Of a DNA stretch of 64,000 nucleotides, positions 22,203-32,904 are shown in pieces. Numbering within the stretch: position 1 is the stretch's first letter; each line of letters begins with the position of its first letter. The notes under the pieces are model-generated. The model was not told the DNA's origin. It saw nothing but the letters and a program-made list of their open reading frames with translations, and searched no databases. The DNA comes from Alphaproteobacteria bacterium (lineage in GTDB: Bacteria; Pseudomonadota; Alphaproteobacteria; CAAHEQ01; UBA3637). The stretch covers positions 32,001 through 96,000 of the forward strand of contig JAZUQR010000027.1 of the NCBI GenBank assembly GCA_045605805.1, read 5' to 3'. The translations under genes were made by a program, and so were the position numbers.

Positions 22203-22649
22203 ATGAATCAACAATTTTCACCGGAAGAATTAGATTTACAAAACAAAAAAACACAAATCTATCTGGCCTTGATAGAATATAATGCCCAACAATTAGAACG
22301 CTTAAAAGAAAAAACAAGAACAGCCAGTTCTGATGAACTGTTGGCTCTGGCACTGGGCCGATATGATGAAGCCCAAAAACACATCAATCATTCCTATCAG
22401 GTCATCTCACAACTGTCAAAAGAAGAAATAAATCTGTTGGCAACACAAGTAAAAATACCGGAAATCCTATTTTTGACATGTCTCAACTTGTTTGAATCCA
22501 AAAAAGAACAAGCCAAAAAAACACAAGCAACTCAAAAGGCAAAGAAAAGCATTCAAAGTCTCAGACCGTTGTGTATTTTGGCACACTTAAAACCAAAAGC
22601 AACAAAAAAACAGCTTCCAAAAACAAGGCCTCAAAACAATCGGGATTAA
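22203..22649 (+). CDS. Hypothetical helical protein with basic C-terminus
   Basis: AAGGAG RBS, 148 aa. Confidence 0.65.
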   Translation: MNQQFSPEELDLQNKKTQIYLALIEYNAQQLERLKEKTRTASSDELLALALGRYDEAQKHINHSYQVISQLSKEEINLLATQVKIPEILFLTCLNLFESKKEQAKKTQATQKAKKSIQSLRPLCILAHLKPKATKKQLPKTRPQNNRD

Positions 22650-24808
22650 ATCAGCTCTAAGAACCGAGCCAACACTTTTTTGATACCGCCTTGTTCAAAA
22701 ACAACCGTCAACATATCGCCGGATTCGTTTAACACAACCCCTTTGCCGAAAGTTTCGTGCATCACTTGACGACCTTTTCGGCTGCGGCCGACAAAAGAAG
22801 AAGGGGCAGAAGATTGGGTTTGTTTTTCTCTTGCCCAGGGCATCCGCACATCCGAAAAAGAAGCCCCATATCCCATGCGATTATTGCCCCGTCTGTCAAT
22901 ATGTTCTTCGGGCAATTCATCTACAAAGCGACTGGGCAAAGCATTCTGCCATTGACCATAAACACGACGATTGCTGGCATACGAAATAAAAGCCTGTCTT
23001 CTGGCCCGAGTCAACCCCACATAGGCCAAACGTCTTTCTTCTTCCAAACCATCTTCACCAGCCTCATCTATGGCTCGTTGGTGCGGAAACAGCCCTTCTT
23101 CCCAACCGGTTAAAAACACCGTATCAAACTCCAATCCCTTACTGGCATGTAAAGTCATGACAACCAATTGATCACCTTCAACAGCTTCATCATTTTCTGT
23201 AAGCAAACTGGCATATTCCAAAAATTGTTCAACCGATTCAAACTCTCCATTGGCCAAAACATTAAACAGCTCGTGAATATTTTCCACACGACCTTCTGCC
23301 TCTGGAGATTTATCCAACCGCCACATCATCAAATAACCGGATTGATCCATAATCTCTTTACATAAATCCTCGGGCGAAAGCGAATGGCTGTGTTCTTGCC
23401 ACATCAACACCTGTTGCACAAAAGAAGTTAAAGATTTTTTGGGTACCGTCTTCAAATCGGCCTTTGCCACTGCCTCAAACAAACTGCAACCATGCTGCAT
23501 AGCTGTTTCCCGCAAAGTCCGCATCACAACATCACCCACACCTCTGCGAGGCTTATTCACAATACGCATAAAAGCCAAATCATCGTGTGGATTCAACACA
23601 AGGCGTAAATAAGCCACTGCATCACGAATTTCTTCCCGTTCATAGAACTTAAAGCCGCCAATAATTTTATAAGGAATCCCCGATCGCACCAAAACATCTT
23701 CAAACTCCCGTGTTTGGAAACCGGCCCGCACCAAGATCGCCATATCCGACAAAGTAATTCCCTTGCGTTGAGCATCCTCCACCTGTTCCACAACTTTTTC
23801 GGCTTCCTGTTGGCCATTCCAATAACCTTGAACAACCACCAAAGAACCGGCATTTTTTTCTTCATCCGCCACCCGCAAAGTTTTGCCCATACGCCCAGTA
23901 TTGTTGGCAATCAAAGCAGAAGCAGCACCCAAAATATGGGCCGTAGAACGATAGTTGCGTTCCAAACGCACCACCTTTGCGTCCGAAAAAATCTGGCCAA
24001 ACTTCAAAATATTATCCACATCTGCCCCACGCCACGAATAAATAGATTGATCATCATCGCCCACACAACAAATGTTATTGTGTCCTTTGGCTAAAAGGCG
24101 CAAAAGCATATACTGAGCCACATTTGTATCTTGATATTCATCCACCAAAATATATTTGAATTGATTTTGATATTCGGCCAACACAGCCGCATTATTTCTG
24201 AACAATTCCAACGGCAACAAAAGCAAATCACCAAAATCAACAGCATTCATTTCACGCAGCTTATTTTGATACAACTTATAAAAATCCAAAGCCCTGCCTT
24301 CACAAAACTCACTGTATTCGGCGGGTGTCACTGCCTCTGGTGACAAACCCCGATCTTTCCAACGCTGAATCACCTCTAACATCGTTTTAGGGGCATATTT
24401 TTTAACATCCACACCATATTGTTGCATCATATTTTTCAACAATCTTTCTTGGTCATCACTGTCCAAAACAGCAAAGTTTTGATTCAACCCCACAAAGCCA
24501 CCATATTTACGCAAAATCCGCACTCCAATACGATGGAAAGTGCCAAGCCATACCCCCAAGGCCGCTTCACCCACCATTTTTTCCAATCGCTCCGACATTT
24601 CTCTGGCTGCCTTATTGGTAAAAGTCACCGCCAAAATCTGCCAAGATAAAGCTAATTGTTGAAACAAAATATAGGCAATCCGAGTTGTCAAAACCCGAGT
24701 TTTACCCGTACCAGCTCCTGACAAAACAAGCAAAGGACCTTCGGTTGTCATAACGGCTTCTTGCTGTTCGGGGTTTAAGCCTTCCAAAAAAAACGGGTCT
24801 TCATTCAT
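22646..24808 (-). CDS. uvrD: UvrD/PcrA/Rep DNA helicase
   Basis: GAGTGKT, TFTNKAA, VDEYQDTN, VGDDDQSIY, NYRST, HASKGLEF and EEERRLAYV. Confidence 0.96.
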   Translation of the reverse strand: MNEDPFFLEGLNPEQQEAVMTTEGPLLVLSGAGTGKTRVLTTRIAYILFQQLALSWQILAVTFTNKAAREMSERLEKMVGEAALGVWLGTFHRIGVRILRKYGGFVGLNQNFAVLDSDDQERLLKNMMQQYGVDVKKYAPKTMLEVIQRWKDRGLSPEAVTPAEYSEFCEGRALDFYKLYQNKLREMNAVDFGDLLLLPLELFRNNAAVLAEYQNQFKYILVDEYQDTNVAQYMLLRLLAKGHNNICCVGDDDQSIYSWRGADVDNILKFGQIFSDAKVVRLERNYRSTAHILGAASALIANNTGRMGKTLRVADEEKNAGSLVVVQGYWNGQQEAEKVVEQVEDAQRKGITLSDMAILVRAGFQTREFEDVLVRSGIPYKIIGGFKFYEREEIRDAVAYLRLVLNPHDDLAFMRIVNKPRRGVGDVVMRTLRETAMQHGCSLFEAVAKADLKTVPKKSLTSFVQQVLMWQEHSHSLSPEDLCKEIMDQSGYLMMWRLDKSPEAEGRVENIHELFNVLANGEFESVEQFLEYASLLTENDEAVEGDQLVVMTLHASKGLEFDTVFLTGWEEGLFPHQRAIDEAGEDGLEEERRLAYVGLTRARRQAFISYASNRRVYGQWQNALPSRFVDELPEEHIDRRGNNRMGYGASFSDVRMPWAREKQTQSSAPSSFVGRSRKGRQVMHETFGKGVVLNESGDMLTVVFEQGGIKKVLARFLELI

Positions 24809-25547
24809 CTTTTGAATCCTTTTTTAAGAAATAATCTAACGCAACTTGGGCGCACATTAAACCAAAAATCCCTGTAATTGTGGGCAATGAGCCCATTTCA
24901 TGACGCACTCTGCCATTTTCTGGTTGCGCATCTGCCGGCAATTGCAACCGAGTTGAATCTTGGGACAATTCGGGCGAAAATACCACTGGAAAATCCATAG
25001 CAACGCCTCTTTTGCGCAATCGTTTACGCACAAAAAAAGCCAACGGACAGTTCAATGTCTTTTTCAGCTTCACCACTTTAATCTGGCTCACATCTGTTTT
25101 CAAAGCCGCCCCCATAGACGAAACAAAAGGCACATTTTTTTGAACCAGCAATTCAATCAATGAACACTTGGGATTCAACGAATCAATGGCATCAATCACA
25201 AAATCGGGCTGCACAGCCAAAAGTTGGGGCAAAGACTCTTGGTTCACCATCAAATCCAAACAATCCACTTGAATATCCGCAGAAATATCCTTCACACGAT
25301 TTTTGGCCACCAAAACCTTTTTTTGTCCCACCGTAGAAGTAAGAGCAAATAATTGACGATTGATATTACTGATTGAAACCGTGTCAAAATCAACTAAAGT
25401 TAAATGGCCCACACCAGCACGAGCCAAGGCCTCAATCGCATAACTGCCCACAGCACCACACCCCACAATCATCACATGGGCGTTTTTTAATGTTTCAATT
25501 CCTGTTTCACCCACCATCAGGCGCATTCTTGAAAGTCTATCTTGCAT
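24801..25547 (-). CDS. tcdA: tRNA threonylcarbamoyladenosine dehydratase (ThiF family)
   Basis: GCGAVGS, SNINRQ, VIDAID, SSMGA and CPLA..VRK.LRK. Confidence 0.88.
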   Translation of the reverse strand: MQDRLSRMRLMVGETGIETLKNAHVMIVGCGAVGSYAIEALARAGVGHLTLVDFDTVSISNINRQLFALTSTVGQKKVLVAKNRVKDISADIQVDCLDLMVNQESLPQLLAVQPDFVIDAIDSLNPKCSLIELLVQKNVPFVSSMGAALKTDVSQIKVVKLKKTLNCPLAFFVRKRLRKRGVAMDFPVVFSPELSQDSTRLQLPADAQPENGRVRHEMGSLPTITGIFGLMCAQVALDYFLKKDSKDE

Positions 25548-25645
25548 AAAAACAGTGTAACAAATTTGTTCTGGTTTTTCAAGTAAAATAAGTTGACATT
25601 TGTCACAAGGCCTTCTAAAATGAAAAAGAATCAAAGGATAAAAAA

Positions 25646-27076
25646 ATGCACTTCAAACGAATTTTAGCCATCAATGCATTGATGTTGATATATTGTGGTA
25701 TCTTTATGATGATACCTGCCATAACGGATATGGTAACACAAAAAATGATTTTCAATTCCTTTACAATTTCGGCCTGCATCACAATTTCTATTGGTCTTTT
25801 TTTGCATTTACTATATCCCAAAGATACAGAACCACTGCGTCCAAAAGAAATGTTTTTAACCACCACATTGATGTGGCTTTTATACGCCAGCGTTGCAGCC
25901 ATTCCATTTTATCTTCCGCCACACAACATTTCACTATCTGATGCATTTTTTGAAGCCATGTCAGGCTTAACCGGCACAGGCTCTACTATCTTTACGAATT
26001 TAGAAAATGAAACAGCAGGCACATTGCTGTGGCGGTCTTTAAGTCAATGGCTGGGTGGTATCGGTATTATTGTGGTTGCCATTATTGTGTTGCCCACATT
26101 GAAAATCGGAGGGATGCAACTGTTTGCCACAGAATCAACCTCGCTGACCGAAAGAATCAACCCCACCATGCGACAAAGCATTCGGGATATATTGATTTAC
26201 TTTTGTCTGCTTTCTGTGGTGTGCATGTTATTACTGTGGTGGTCAGGCATGAGTTTTTTTGATGCCGTCAATCACAGTATGACCGCCTTATCTACCGGAG
26301 GATTTTCCACGCATGATAAGGGCATCATGTATTTCAAAAACCCTGCTACAATTTGGATTCTCATTTTTGCCATGGTTTTAGGCGCATTGCCCCTTGTTTT
26401 AGGACCGTATCTTTTCAAACGACGCTGGGAAATCATCCAACAAAATGTTCAAATAAAAACTTTTTTCAAAACATTGATTTTGGGATGTATTCTTTTAATT
26501 CCAGTAGTAGGATTACAAAACTTACAACAAATTATCTTTCAAGTCACCTCTATTTTAACCACCACCGGTTTTGTAATAGCCCCTTACAGCAGTTGGGGTG
26601 TTTATGCAACAACTGTTTTGCTGTTTTTAACAGCCTGCGGTTCTTGCACAGGATCAACCTCAGGGGGCATCAAATCATTTCGCTTTACAATTATCGGCCA
26701 AGTCTTAATTACAAAGATGAAAAGCCTGATCAAACCATTTGGTGTATTTGTTCCCAGCTACGGTACAAAAGTAATTGATGAAGAAATTGTCTCGGGCGTT
26801 TTATTCTTTTTAAGCCTGTTTATTTTAACTTTTGTCTTATCCACATTGGCTCTGACAGCATTGGGGCTTGATCTTTTAACAGCCCTGTCTTCCTCGCTAA
26901 GCTGTGTGGCAAATGTAGGGCCAGCACTGGGGGAAATTGTCGGTCCTGAACAAACCTATGCCAACCTGCCAAATGCCGCCAAATGGATTTTGTCATTTGT
27001 CATGTTAGCCGGCCGCTTAGAGTTCACCAGCCTTATGGTTTTGTTTTTACCATTTTTATGGAGGAAGAATACATGA
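25646..27076 (+). CDS. trkH: Trk potassium uptake membrane protein
   Basis: FFEAMSGLT.TG, QWLGGIG, STGGFS, GSTSGGIK and ML.GRLE. Confidence 0.93.
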   Translation: MHFKRILAINALMLIYCGIFMMIPAITDMVTQKMIFNSFTISACITISIGLFLHLLYPKDTEPLRPKEMFLTTTLMWLLYASVAAIPFYLPPHNISLSDAFFEAMSGLTGTGSTIFTNLENETAGTLLWRSLSQWLGGIGIIVVAIIVLPTLKIGGMQLFATESTSLTERINPTMRQSIRDILIYFCLLSVVCMLLLWWSGMSFFDAVNHSMTALSTGGFSTHDKGIMYFKNPATIWILIFAMVLGALPLVLGPYLFKRRWEIIQQNVQIKTFFKTLILGCILLIPVVGLQNLQQIIFQVTSILTTTGFVIAPYSSWGVYATTVLLFLTACGSCTGSTSGGIKSFRFTIIGQVLITKMKSLIKPFGVFVPSYGTKVIDEEIVSGVLFFLSLFILTFVLSTLALTALGLDLLTALSSSLSCVANVGPALGEIVGPEQTYANLPNAAKWILSFVMLAGRLEFTSLMVLFLPFLWRKNT

Positions 27077-27318
27077 GTTTTTTAGAGGACGCACAAAACT
27101 TTATCAAGCAAAAACAAACCAATATCAGCCCCCAGCAAAACGATTTTTTAACCACCCCACAATCACGCAGTGCTTTTGAAAAAGAGTTGCGAGAACTGTA
27201 CGAAAACGCCACTTGGAATGAAATCAATAAAGCCATAGATTGGGGCATGGAAACAATGGAAAAACCATATAATAAAGACCTGTTTTTGAAAAAAATCAGA
27301 ATAAAGCTGGAAGATTAA
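27073..27318 (+). CDS. Small hypothetical protein
   Basis: 81 aa; ATG overlaps the trkH stop (ATGA), with GGAGG upstream. Confidence 0.6.
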   Translation: MSFLEDAQNFIKQKQTNISPQQNDFLTTPQSRSAFEKELRELYENATWNEINKAIDWGMETMEKPYNKDLFLKKIRIKLED

Positions 27319-27375
27319 AAAAAAACACTTGCCTTCTTCCCCGTTTTTATTAAAATAAAACAAAGGGGAAAAGAA

Positions 27376-30300
27376 ATGAAAAAAATTATTCTATGGACTT
27401 CAATCATATTTCTGGTTTTGGCAACATTATTTGTTTTTGTCGCCTATAAATCTTTTAATACAGAAGCCTTCAAAAATAGCATCATCAAAAACATCCAGCA
27501 AATCACTGGTCGTGAGTTTCAGGTCAATGGAAATTATTCGTTGGTCTGGCAACCCATCCCCACAATGACATTGGAAAATGTCACCCTTTCAAACATTGAA
27601 AAAGCAACCAATGAACAAATGTTAACGGCCGATAAAATACAAATACACATTGAATGGAGTTCTTTACTTTCAAGCCAAACTAAAATCAAAAATATCATTT
27701 TAACAAACCCTTCATTATCCATAGAACGCATCAGCCGATCCATCACAAATATGGACTTTCCAATTTTGTTCAAATCACAAAACAAATTGAATATGGAAGA
27801 CGATTTTTTGTTGAATCAAAATACACCAAATACCAAAGTTGAAAACATCAAGATTGAAAATGGCACAATTCAATACATCAACCATATGACAAAAGAAAAA
27901 TATCAATTACACAACATCAACGGAGATTTGGCCATGGGGGCATTGGATGGCCCGTTTAAGTTTGAAGGCAAAGCTGTTTATCAAACACTTCCGTTAAATA
28001 TCAATACTTCTTTGTCAAAAATAGAGGTCTCTCTCCCAACAATCTTTTCAACAGAAGTCACACACGAAGAATCCGGCAGTAATCTGAAAATCCAAGGAGA
28101 AACACGTTTAACTGAAAGTCAACCCCAAACAAAAACAACCATTGACATAGCATCCCAAAACCCAAACGATATTCTGGGCAAACTACAATGGCCAACGCTG
28201 GCACAAAATCAAACACCCTTGTTTGGCTATATCAACATTAGCCCAAAAGAAAAAAATACAGAAACAGAGCTTGTGTTCAAAACAGGCCCCGAAGACAAAG
28301 CCACAACATTTGATATCAAGGCCACAACACAAGGGAAAAGTCGTCAAATCAAAGCAGAAATAAACGAACTCAACTGGGAAGAATGGCAACCGATTTTCAC
28401 CAACATACCCCTGTCATCCCCCATTTTTCAAAAACAAAATGATTTTACCATAACAGTTAAAAAAGTGATATTAAATGGGCAACAAGCAAACACATTATAT
28501 CTTGTTGGCACACAATTGAATAAACAAATAAACATTTCCGAAGGCTCACTGTTCTTGGCCGGCAATACCACCACACAATTTCACGGCATTCTAAACACAA
28601 AAGGCACAAGCGGCGCAGCCGAAATAGATGTACAAACACAAAACATAAACGAACTTTTACCTGTATTAAAAGGGTCGGACAAATGGCAAATGCTGGTGTC
28701 TCCTTTCCAAAAAGCCGAAGCAAAAATAACAACAAAATGGGATGAAAAGGCAACAACAATCGCCATTCCAGCCTTAATGTTAGACGAGACAACCGGACAA
28801 TTTGAAATTAAAAAAGCCCACAATAAACCAACGGAAATTACATTAGAATTAAATAATTTGAATGTAAATAAATACCTAAACAACACAACAGATGACTCTA
28901 TTTCCTGGGAAGAAATGGAAACAAAAATAAAAAACAAATTGACAACCATTCAATTGCCACAATATCCCCTTGCCACAAACATCACAGTGAACAACCTGAC
29001 ATATAAGGACCAATTGTTTAATGCCTTAACGGCTGTCACAACAAGCGCACAAAACAATTTAGAAACCGAATTTAACTTACAAACAGCAACCGAAGAAACA
29101 TTGGTGGCCAACATAAAACTTCAAGACATTGGATCGCCAAATTGGATGTTGAATAAAGCCTTGTTTGAAATAGCAACAAACAATCCAGAAAAACTGTTCA
29201 AAAACCTGCATATTCTGCCCCCTGAAAACTTTATCAAAAACGCCACAAGTTTGCAAATGGTTGGGTCTATTACCGGACAACCAGAAAATTGGAATGGTCT
29301 TATCAACATCAAAACAAACAAACTGGCATTAAACGCCAAGGGCAAACTCATCAAGAATAGGCCACAAAATATGCACTTTGAGTTAAAGCACAACAGCTCT
29401 CCACACTTGATAGCAGCAATTTTTGAAAAAACACCTTTTCCACAAATCACAGATGCATTTGAAATCAAAACCACCCTCAACACAGACAATAATCAAATCG
29501 TATTGTCCGATTTACAATTGACGATGGATAGCCAAGAATTGTTTGGTTCAGCCATCTATAATTTAGAAACAAAAGAAACAACCTTAAACTTGAAAGCAAA
29601 TAATCTGGATATAACAAACTTCTTACCCAACTTCAACAACTTCTATAATGACGGCACAGGATTTGATAAAACAGCGTTTAATTTTGATTTTCTAAAACAA
29701 TTGAACACAAACTTCACACTGCATGCCAACACTTTAACATATCAATCAAGTTCCTTTGAAGACGCAATAATCCAAGCCACTGTTAAAAACAAAGAAATTA
29801 TGTTAAACGAATTTGCATTATTCTACCCCTCAGGAAAGGCTTCCATTCAAGCCAAAGGCACCCTTCAATTTCAAAAAACCCCAACACTAAATATGTCAAT
29901 CGTCACCCAACAAGTGCCTCTGTCCAATCAATTTACAATGTTCAAAGGTAAAGGATTAAGTGAAGGTTTTCTGTCCAGCGAATGGCATATTCAAGCTGTT
30001 GGAGACAGCTTGTTCCAAATGTCAAATGTCTTAAACGGAAGAGGAAAAATAGCCTTGTTTGAAACAACCTTGATAGGGGCAGACCTAACCAATCTGCAAA
30101 GTCTTATCCAAAAAGCCTTAAACCAAAATCAAACGCAAGAAGTGATAGAACCGCAATTAAAACAAAGCCTGATGACAGGGCGCACAATCGTTGATCAAAT
30201 AACCGGCACTTTCACAATCACAAACGGCAAGTGGCAAATGAATGATGCTGTTTTGAAAACACCAGAAAGCACCACAAAAAACATGAATATACAATGGACA

Positions 30301-31098
30301 ATTCCAACAGGAAACTTGTCCGCAAAAGGGGCGTTTATGATGAATAATTTTCCAAGCCTGCCGGCTATTGAATTTGAATTTACAAAAACGCCTCAAGAAA
30401 GCAATCTAAAAACACAAAGTGATGCCTTTGCCGAATCCATATATGCCGAATTAAAATATCATCAGCAAAAAGCATTGGAAGAAGAAAGACGCAAAAAACA
30501 AGAACAACTTGAACAAGAAAGATTAAACGCACAAAATATGGCCCAACAACAAACAAACAAGTTATCTGAACAAATTCAAAAATTGATACAAAATATCAAT
30601 GAAACACCCAATGTTCAAGCCCAAAAAAACCTGATGCAAATTCAAATGATGGAACAAAACATTCAAGTGCTTTGGCAAGATGCAACCACAACCATTCAAT
30701 ACCAATATATCACTGAACAAACACAGCAAGGACTTGATGAAATCAACAAAACCAATCAAATCCTTGTAAAACAAAGAATCAATAACATCAAAAAGCATTC
30801 GGAACAAATCCAAAACCAAGCAAATGATTATATTTTGAAGCTGAATGAAATCCATCAAAAACGCTCAACAGTTCCCTTGTTAAATGACTTGTTGCAAAAC
30901 GCCATCAATCAACAAGAAATCATTCAACGAGCCATCCAACAATTTGAAAAGCCGCTAACATTGGATCAAGTCGAAAAAGTATTTGATATCATTCAAACCG
31001 CAATTCATAAGATTCAAAAAGCAACCAACATGGCCGAAGAAATCTATACAGGCCGTCAAACAACAACCTCAAATAACATTATTCAAAAGGTTATATAA
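27376..31098 (+). CDS. AsmA-family protein with C-terminal coiled-coil extension
   Basis: N-terminal TM followed by ..ITGREFQVNG..P.PTMTLENVTL (AsmA N-terminus), long beta-rich body and a Q/E-rich helical tail. Confidence 0.8.
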   Translation: MKKIILWTSIIFLVLATLFVFVAYKSFNTEAFKNSIIKNIQQITGREFQVNGNYSLVWQPIPTMTLENVTLSNIEKATNEQMLTADKIQIHIEWSSLLSSQTKIKNIILTNPSLSIERISRSITNMDFPILFKSQNKLNMEDDFLLNQNTPNTKVENIKIENGTIQYINHMTKEKYQLHNINGDLAMGALDGPFKFEGKAVYQTLPLNINTSLSKIEVSLPTIFSTEVTHEESGSNLKIQGETRLTESQPQTKTTIDIASQNPNDILGKLQWPTLAQNQTPLFGYINISPKEKNTETELVFKTGPEDKATTFDIKATTQGKSRQIKAEINELNWEEWQPIFTNIPLSSPIFQKQNDFTITVKKVILNGQQANTLYLVGTQLNKQINISEGSLFLAGNTTTQFHGILNTKGTSGAAEIDVQTQNINELLPVLKGSDKWQMLVSPFQKAEAKITTKWDEKATTIAIPALMLDETTGQFEIKKAHNKPTEITLELNNLNVNKYLNNTTDDSISWEEMETKIKNKLTTIQLPQYPLATNITVNNLTYKDQLFNALTAVTTSAQNNLETEFNLQTATEETLVANIKLQDIGSPNWMLNKALFEIATNNPEKLFKNLHILPPENFIKNATSLQMVGSITGQPENWNGLINIKTNKLALNAKGKLIKNRPQNMHFELKHNSSPHLIAAIFEKTPFPQITDAFEIKTTLNTDNNQIVLSDLQLTMDSQELFGSAIYNLETKETTLNLKANNLDITNFLPNFNNFYNDGTGFDKTAFNFDFLKQLNTNFTLHANTLTYQSSSFEDAIIQATVKNKEIMLNEFALFYPSGKASIQAKGTLQFQKTPTLNMSIVTQQVPLSNQFTMFKGKGLSEGFLSSEWHIQAVGDSLFQMSNVLNGRGKIALFETTLIGADLTNLQSLIQKALNQNQTQEVIEPQLKQSLMTGRTIVDQITGTFTITNGKWQMNDAVLKTPESTTKNMNIQWTIPTGNLSAKGAFMMNNFPSLPAIEFEFTKTPQESNLKTQSDAFAESIYAELKYHQQKALEEERRKKQEQLEQERLNAQNMAQQQTNKLSEQIQKLIQNINETPNVQAQKNLMQIQMMEQNIQVLWQDATTTIQYQYITEQTQQGLDEINKTNQILVKQRINNIKKHSEQIQNQANDYILKLNEIHQKRSTVPLLNDLLQNAINQQEIIQRAIQQFEKPLTLDQVEKVFDIIQTAIHKIQKATNMAEEIYTGRQTTTSNNIIQKVI

Positions 31099-32177
31099 TG
31101 AAAAAAGATATGTTATTATGTGGCGATTCTTTGAAAATAATGGCCACCTTGCCCAGCGAAAGTGTGGATATGATTTTTGCCGACCCGCCTTATTTTATGC
31201 AACTGCATAAAGAATTGGTCCGCCCTGATGCCACCGCCGTAGCAGCCGTCAACGATGAATGGGATAAGTTTCAAGATTTCAAAGCATATGATTCATTCAC
31301 ACAAGAATGGCTGGCCCAAGCCTTCCGAGTGTTAAAAAAAACAGGCACTTTGTGGGTCATCGGCTCTTATCACAACATCTTTCGTGTGGGCTATCATTTG
31401 CAAAATCAAGGTTTTTGGATTTTGAATGACATCATCTGGCGCAAAACAAACCCCATGCCCAACTTCAAAGGAACACGCTTTACAAACGCCCACGAAACAT
31501 TGATTTGGTGTACCAAAGCTCCCCAAACAAAATATACCTTTAACTATGAAAGTATGAAAGCTTTTAATGATGAACTACAAATGCGATCCGATTGGCTGAT
31601 TCCCGTTTGTCACAGCCCCGAACGCCTTAAAAACAGCAAGGGGAAAACCCTTCATTCCACCCAAAAACCGGAAGAGTTGCTCTATCGCATTATTTTATCC
31701 TGTACCCAAAAAAACGATTTAGTTTTAGACCCCTTTGTCGGATCTGGAACAACCGCAGCCGTTGCCAAAAAATTGGGGCGTCACTATATCGGCATTGAAC
31801 AAGATAAAACTTACATCAACTATGCCCAAAAACGCTTAGATTCTGTGGATAAAATTAAATCTGCTTATTTGCCCCAACTGACCAAAGAAAAGCCCGCACA
31901 AATTGCTTTTGGAGATTTGGTGGCAGCTAACATCATACCGGCCGGTACAAGTTTATATGACAAAAACGGTAAAAACAAAGTTTCGGTGTGTTCAGACGGC
32001 AGCTTAAAAAAAGGTAAAACCCAAAGCTCCATTCACCAAATGGCCGCCAAAATCAAACACAGTCCCACCTGTAATGGATGGACATTTTGGCATATAAAAA
32101 AACAACAAAAACTGATACCTATTGACATCTTACGCAAATATGATAAACTAACGAAACAAAAAACAAAGGAGAAATAA
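31098..32177 (+). CDS. ccrM: Cell-cycle-regulated adenine methyltransferase CcrM-like (GANTC family)
   Basis: FADPPY, GSYHNIFRVG, NPMPNFKGTRFTNAHETLIW, HSTQKPE, DPFVGSGTT and C-terminal CNGWTFWH. Confidence 0.9.
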   Translation: MKKDMLLCGDSLKIMATLPSESVDMIFADPPYFMQLHKELVRPDATAVAAVNDEWDKFQDFKAYDSFTQEWLAQAFRVLKKTGTLWVIGSYHNIFRVGYHLQNQGFWILNDIIWRKTNPMPNFKGTRFTNAHETLIWCTKAPQTKYTFNYESMKAFNDELQMRSDWLIPVCHSPERLKNSKGKTLHSTQKPEELLYRIILSCTQKNDLVLDPFVGSGTTAAVAKKLGRHYIGIEQDKTYINYAQKRLDSVDKIKSAYLPQLTKEKPAQIAFGDLVAANIIPAGTSLYDKNGKNKVSVCSDGSLKKGKTQSSIHQMAAKIKHSPTCNGWTFWHIKKQQKLIPIDILRKYDKLTKQKTKEK

Positions 32178-32178
32178 A

Positions 32179-32817
32179 ATGAAAAAAATAATTTTAACAA
32201 CCGCATTGGCCACTTTTCTGTGTGCCTGTACAACCAATCCATACACAGGCGAATCACAAACAGCAAAAACTGTGTGGACAACCGGCATCGGTACCGCAGT
32301 CGGAGCCGGCGCAGGGGCTTTAATCGGTGGGAAAAAGGGTGCTTTAATTGGGGCTGGCGCAGGGGCTGTTGTCGGCGCTGGTACGGGGGCATATATGGAT
32401 ATCCAAGCCTCAAAATTGCGTCAGGAATTATTATCCACAGGTGTTCAAGTACAACAAGTGGATAATAAAATTATCTTGATTATGCCTGGGCATGTCACCT
32501 TCGGCACAAATCAAGCCACAATTCAACCACAATTTGAACCGGTTTTGTCCTCTGTTGCAAAAGTCATCAAAGAATATGACAAAACAAAAGTACAAATCAT
32601 CGGCTATACCGATAGCACAGGCACAGTGGCAACAAATAACACACTGTCTTTGCGCCGTGCCAACTCTGTATCCAATTTCCTGCGCCTAAACGGTGTGGAT
32701 ATCAATCGGATTATTGTGGACGGTTTAGGCCCACAAAACCCAATTGCCACAAACGCAACCGCAGAAGGCCGCAAAAAAAATCGCCGTGTTGAAATTACTT
32801 TAATCAATATGCAATAG
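32179..32817 (+). CDS. OmpA-family lipoprotein (YiaD-like)
   Basis: Lipobox LCAC, glycine zipper, GYTDSTG..N..LS.RRA and NRRVEI. Confidence 0.92.
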   Translation: MKKIILTTALATFLCACTTNPYTGESQTAKTVWTTGIGTAVGAGAGALIGGKKGALIGAGAGAVVGAGTGAYMDIQASKLRQELLSTGVQVQQVDNKIILIMPGHVTFGTNQATIQPQFEPVLSSVAKVIKEYDKTKVQIIGYTDSTGTVATNNTLSLRRANSVSNFLRLNGVDINRIIVDGLGPQNPIATNATAEGRKKNRRVEITLINMQ

Positions 32818-32829
32818 GCAACAAAATTC

Positions 32830-32862
32830 AAAAAACTCCTCATAAAATGGGGAGTTTTTTTT
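32830..32862 (+). terminator. Intrinsic terminator
   Basis: aaaaaactcc-tcataaaatgg-ggagtttttttt. Confidence 0.7.
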
Positions 32863-32868
32863 CAAACT

Positions 32869-32897
32869 TTGACAATTAAACAATTTTCGGCTATAAT
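32869..32897 (+). promoter_or_regulatory. Consensus sigma70 promoter of rlmE
   Basis: Exact TTGACA-N17-TATAAT. Confidence 0.75.
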
Positions 32898-32904
32898 AAT
32901 CTCC

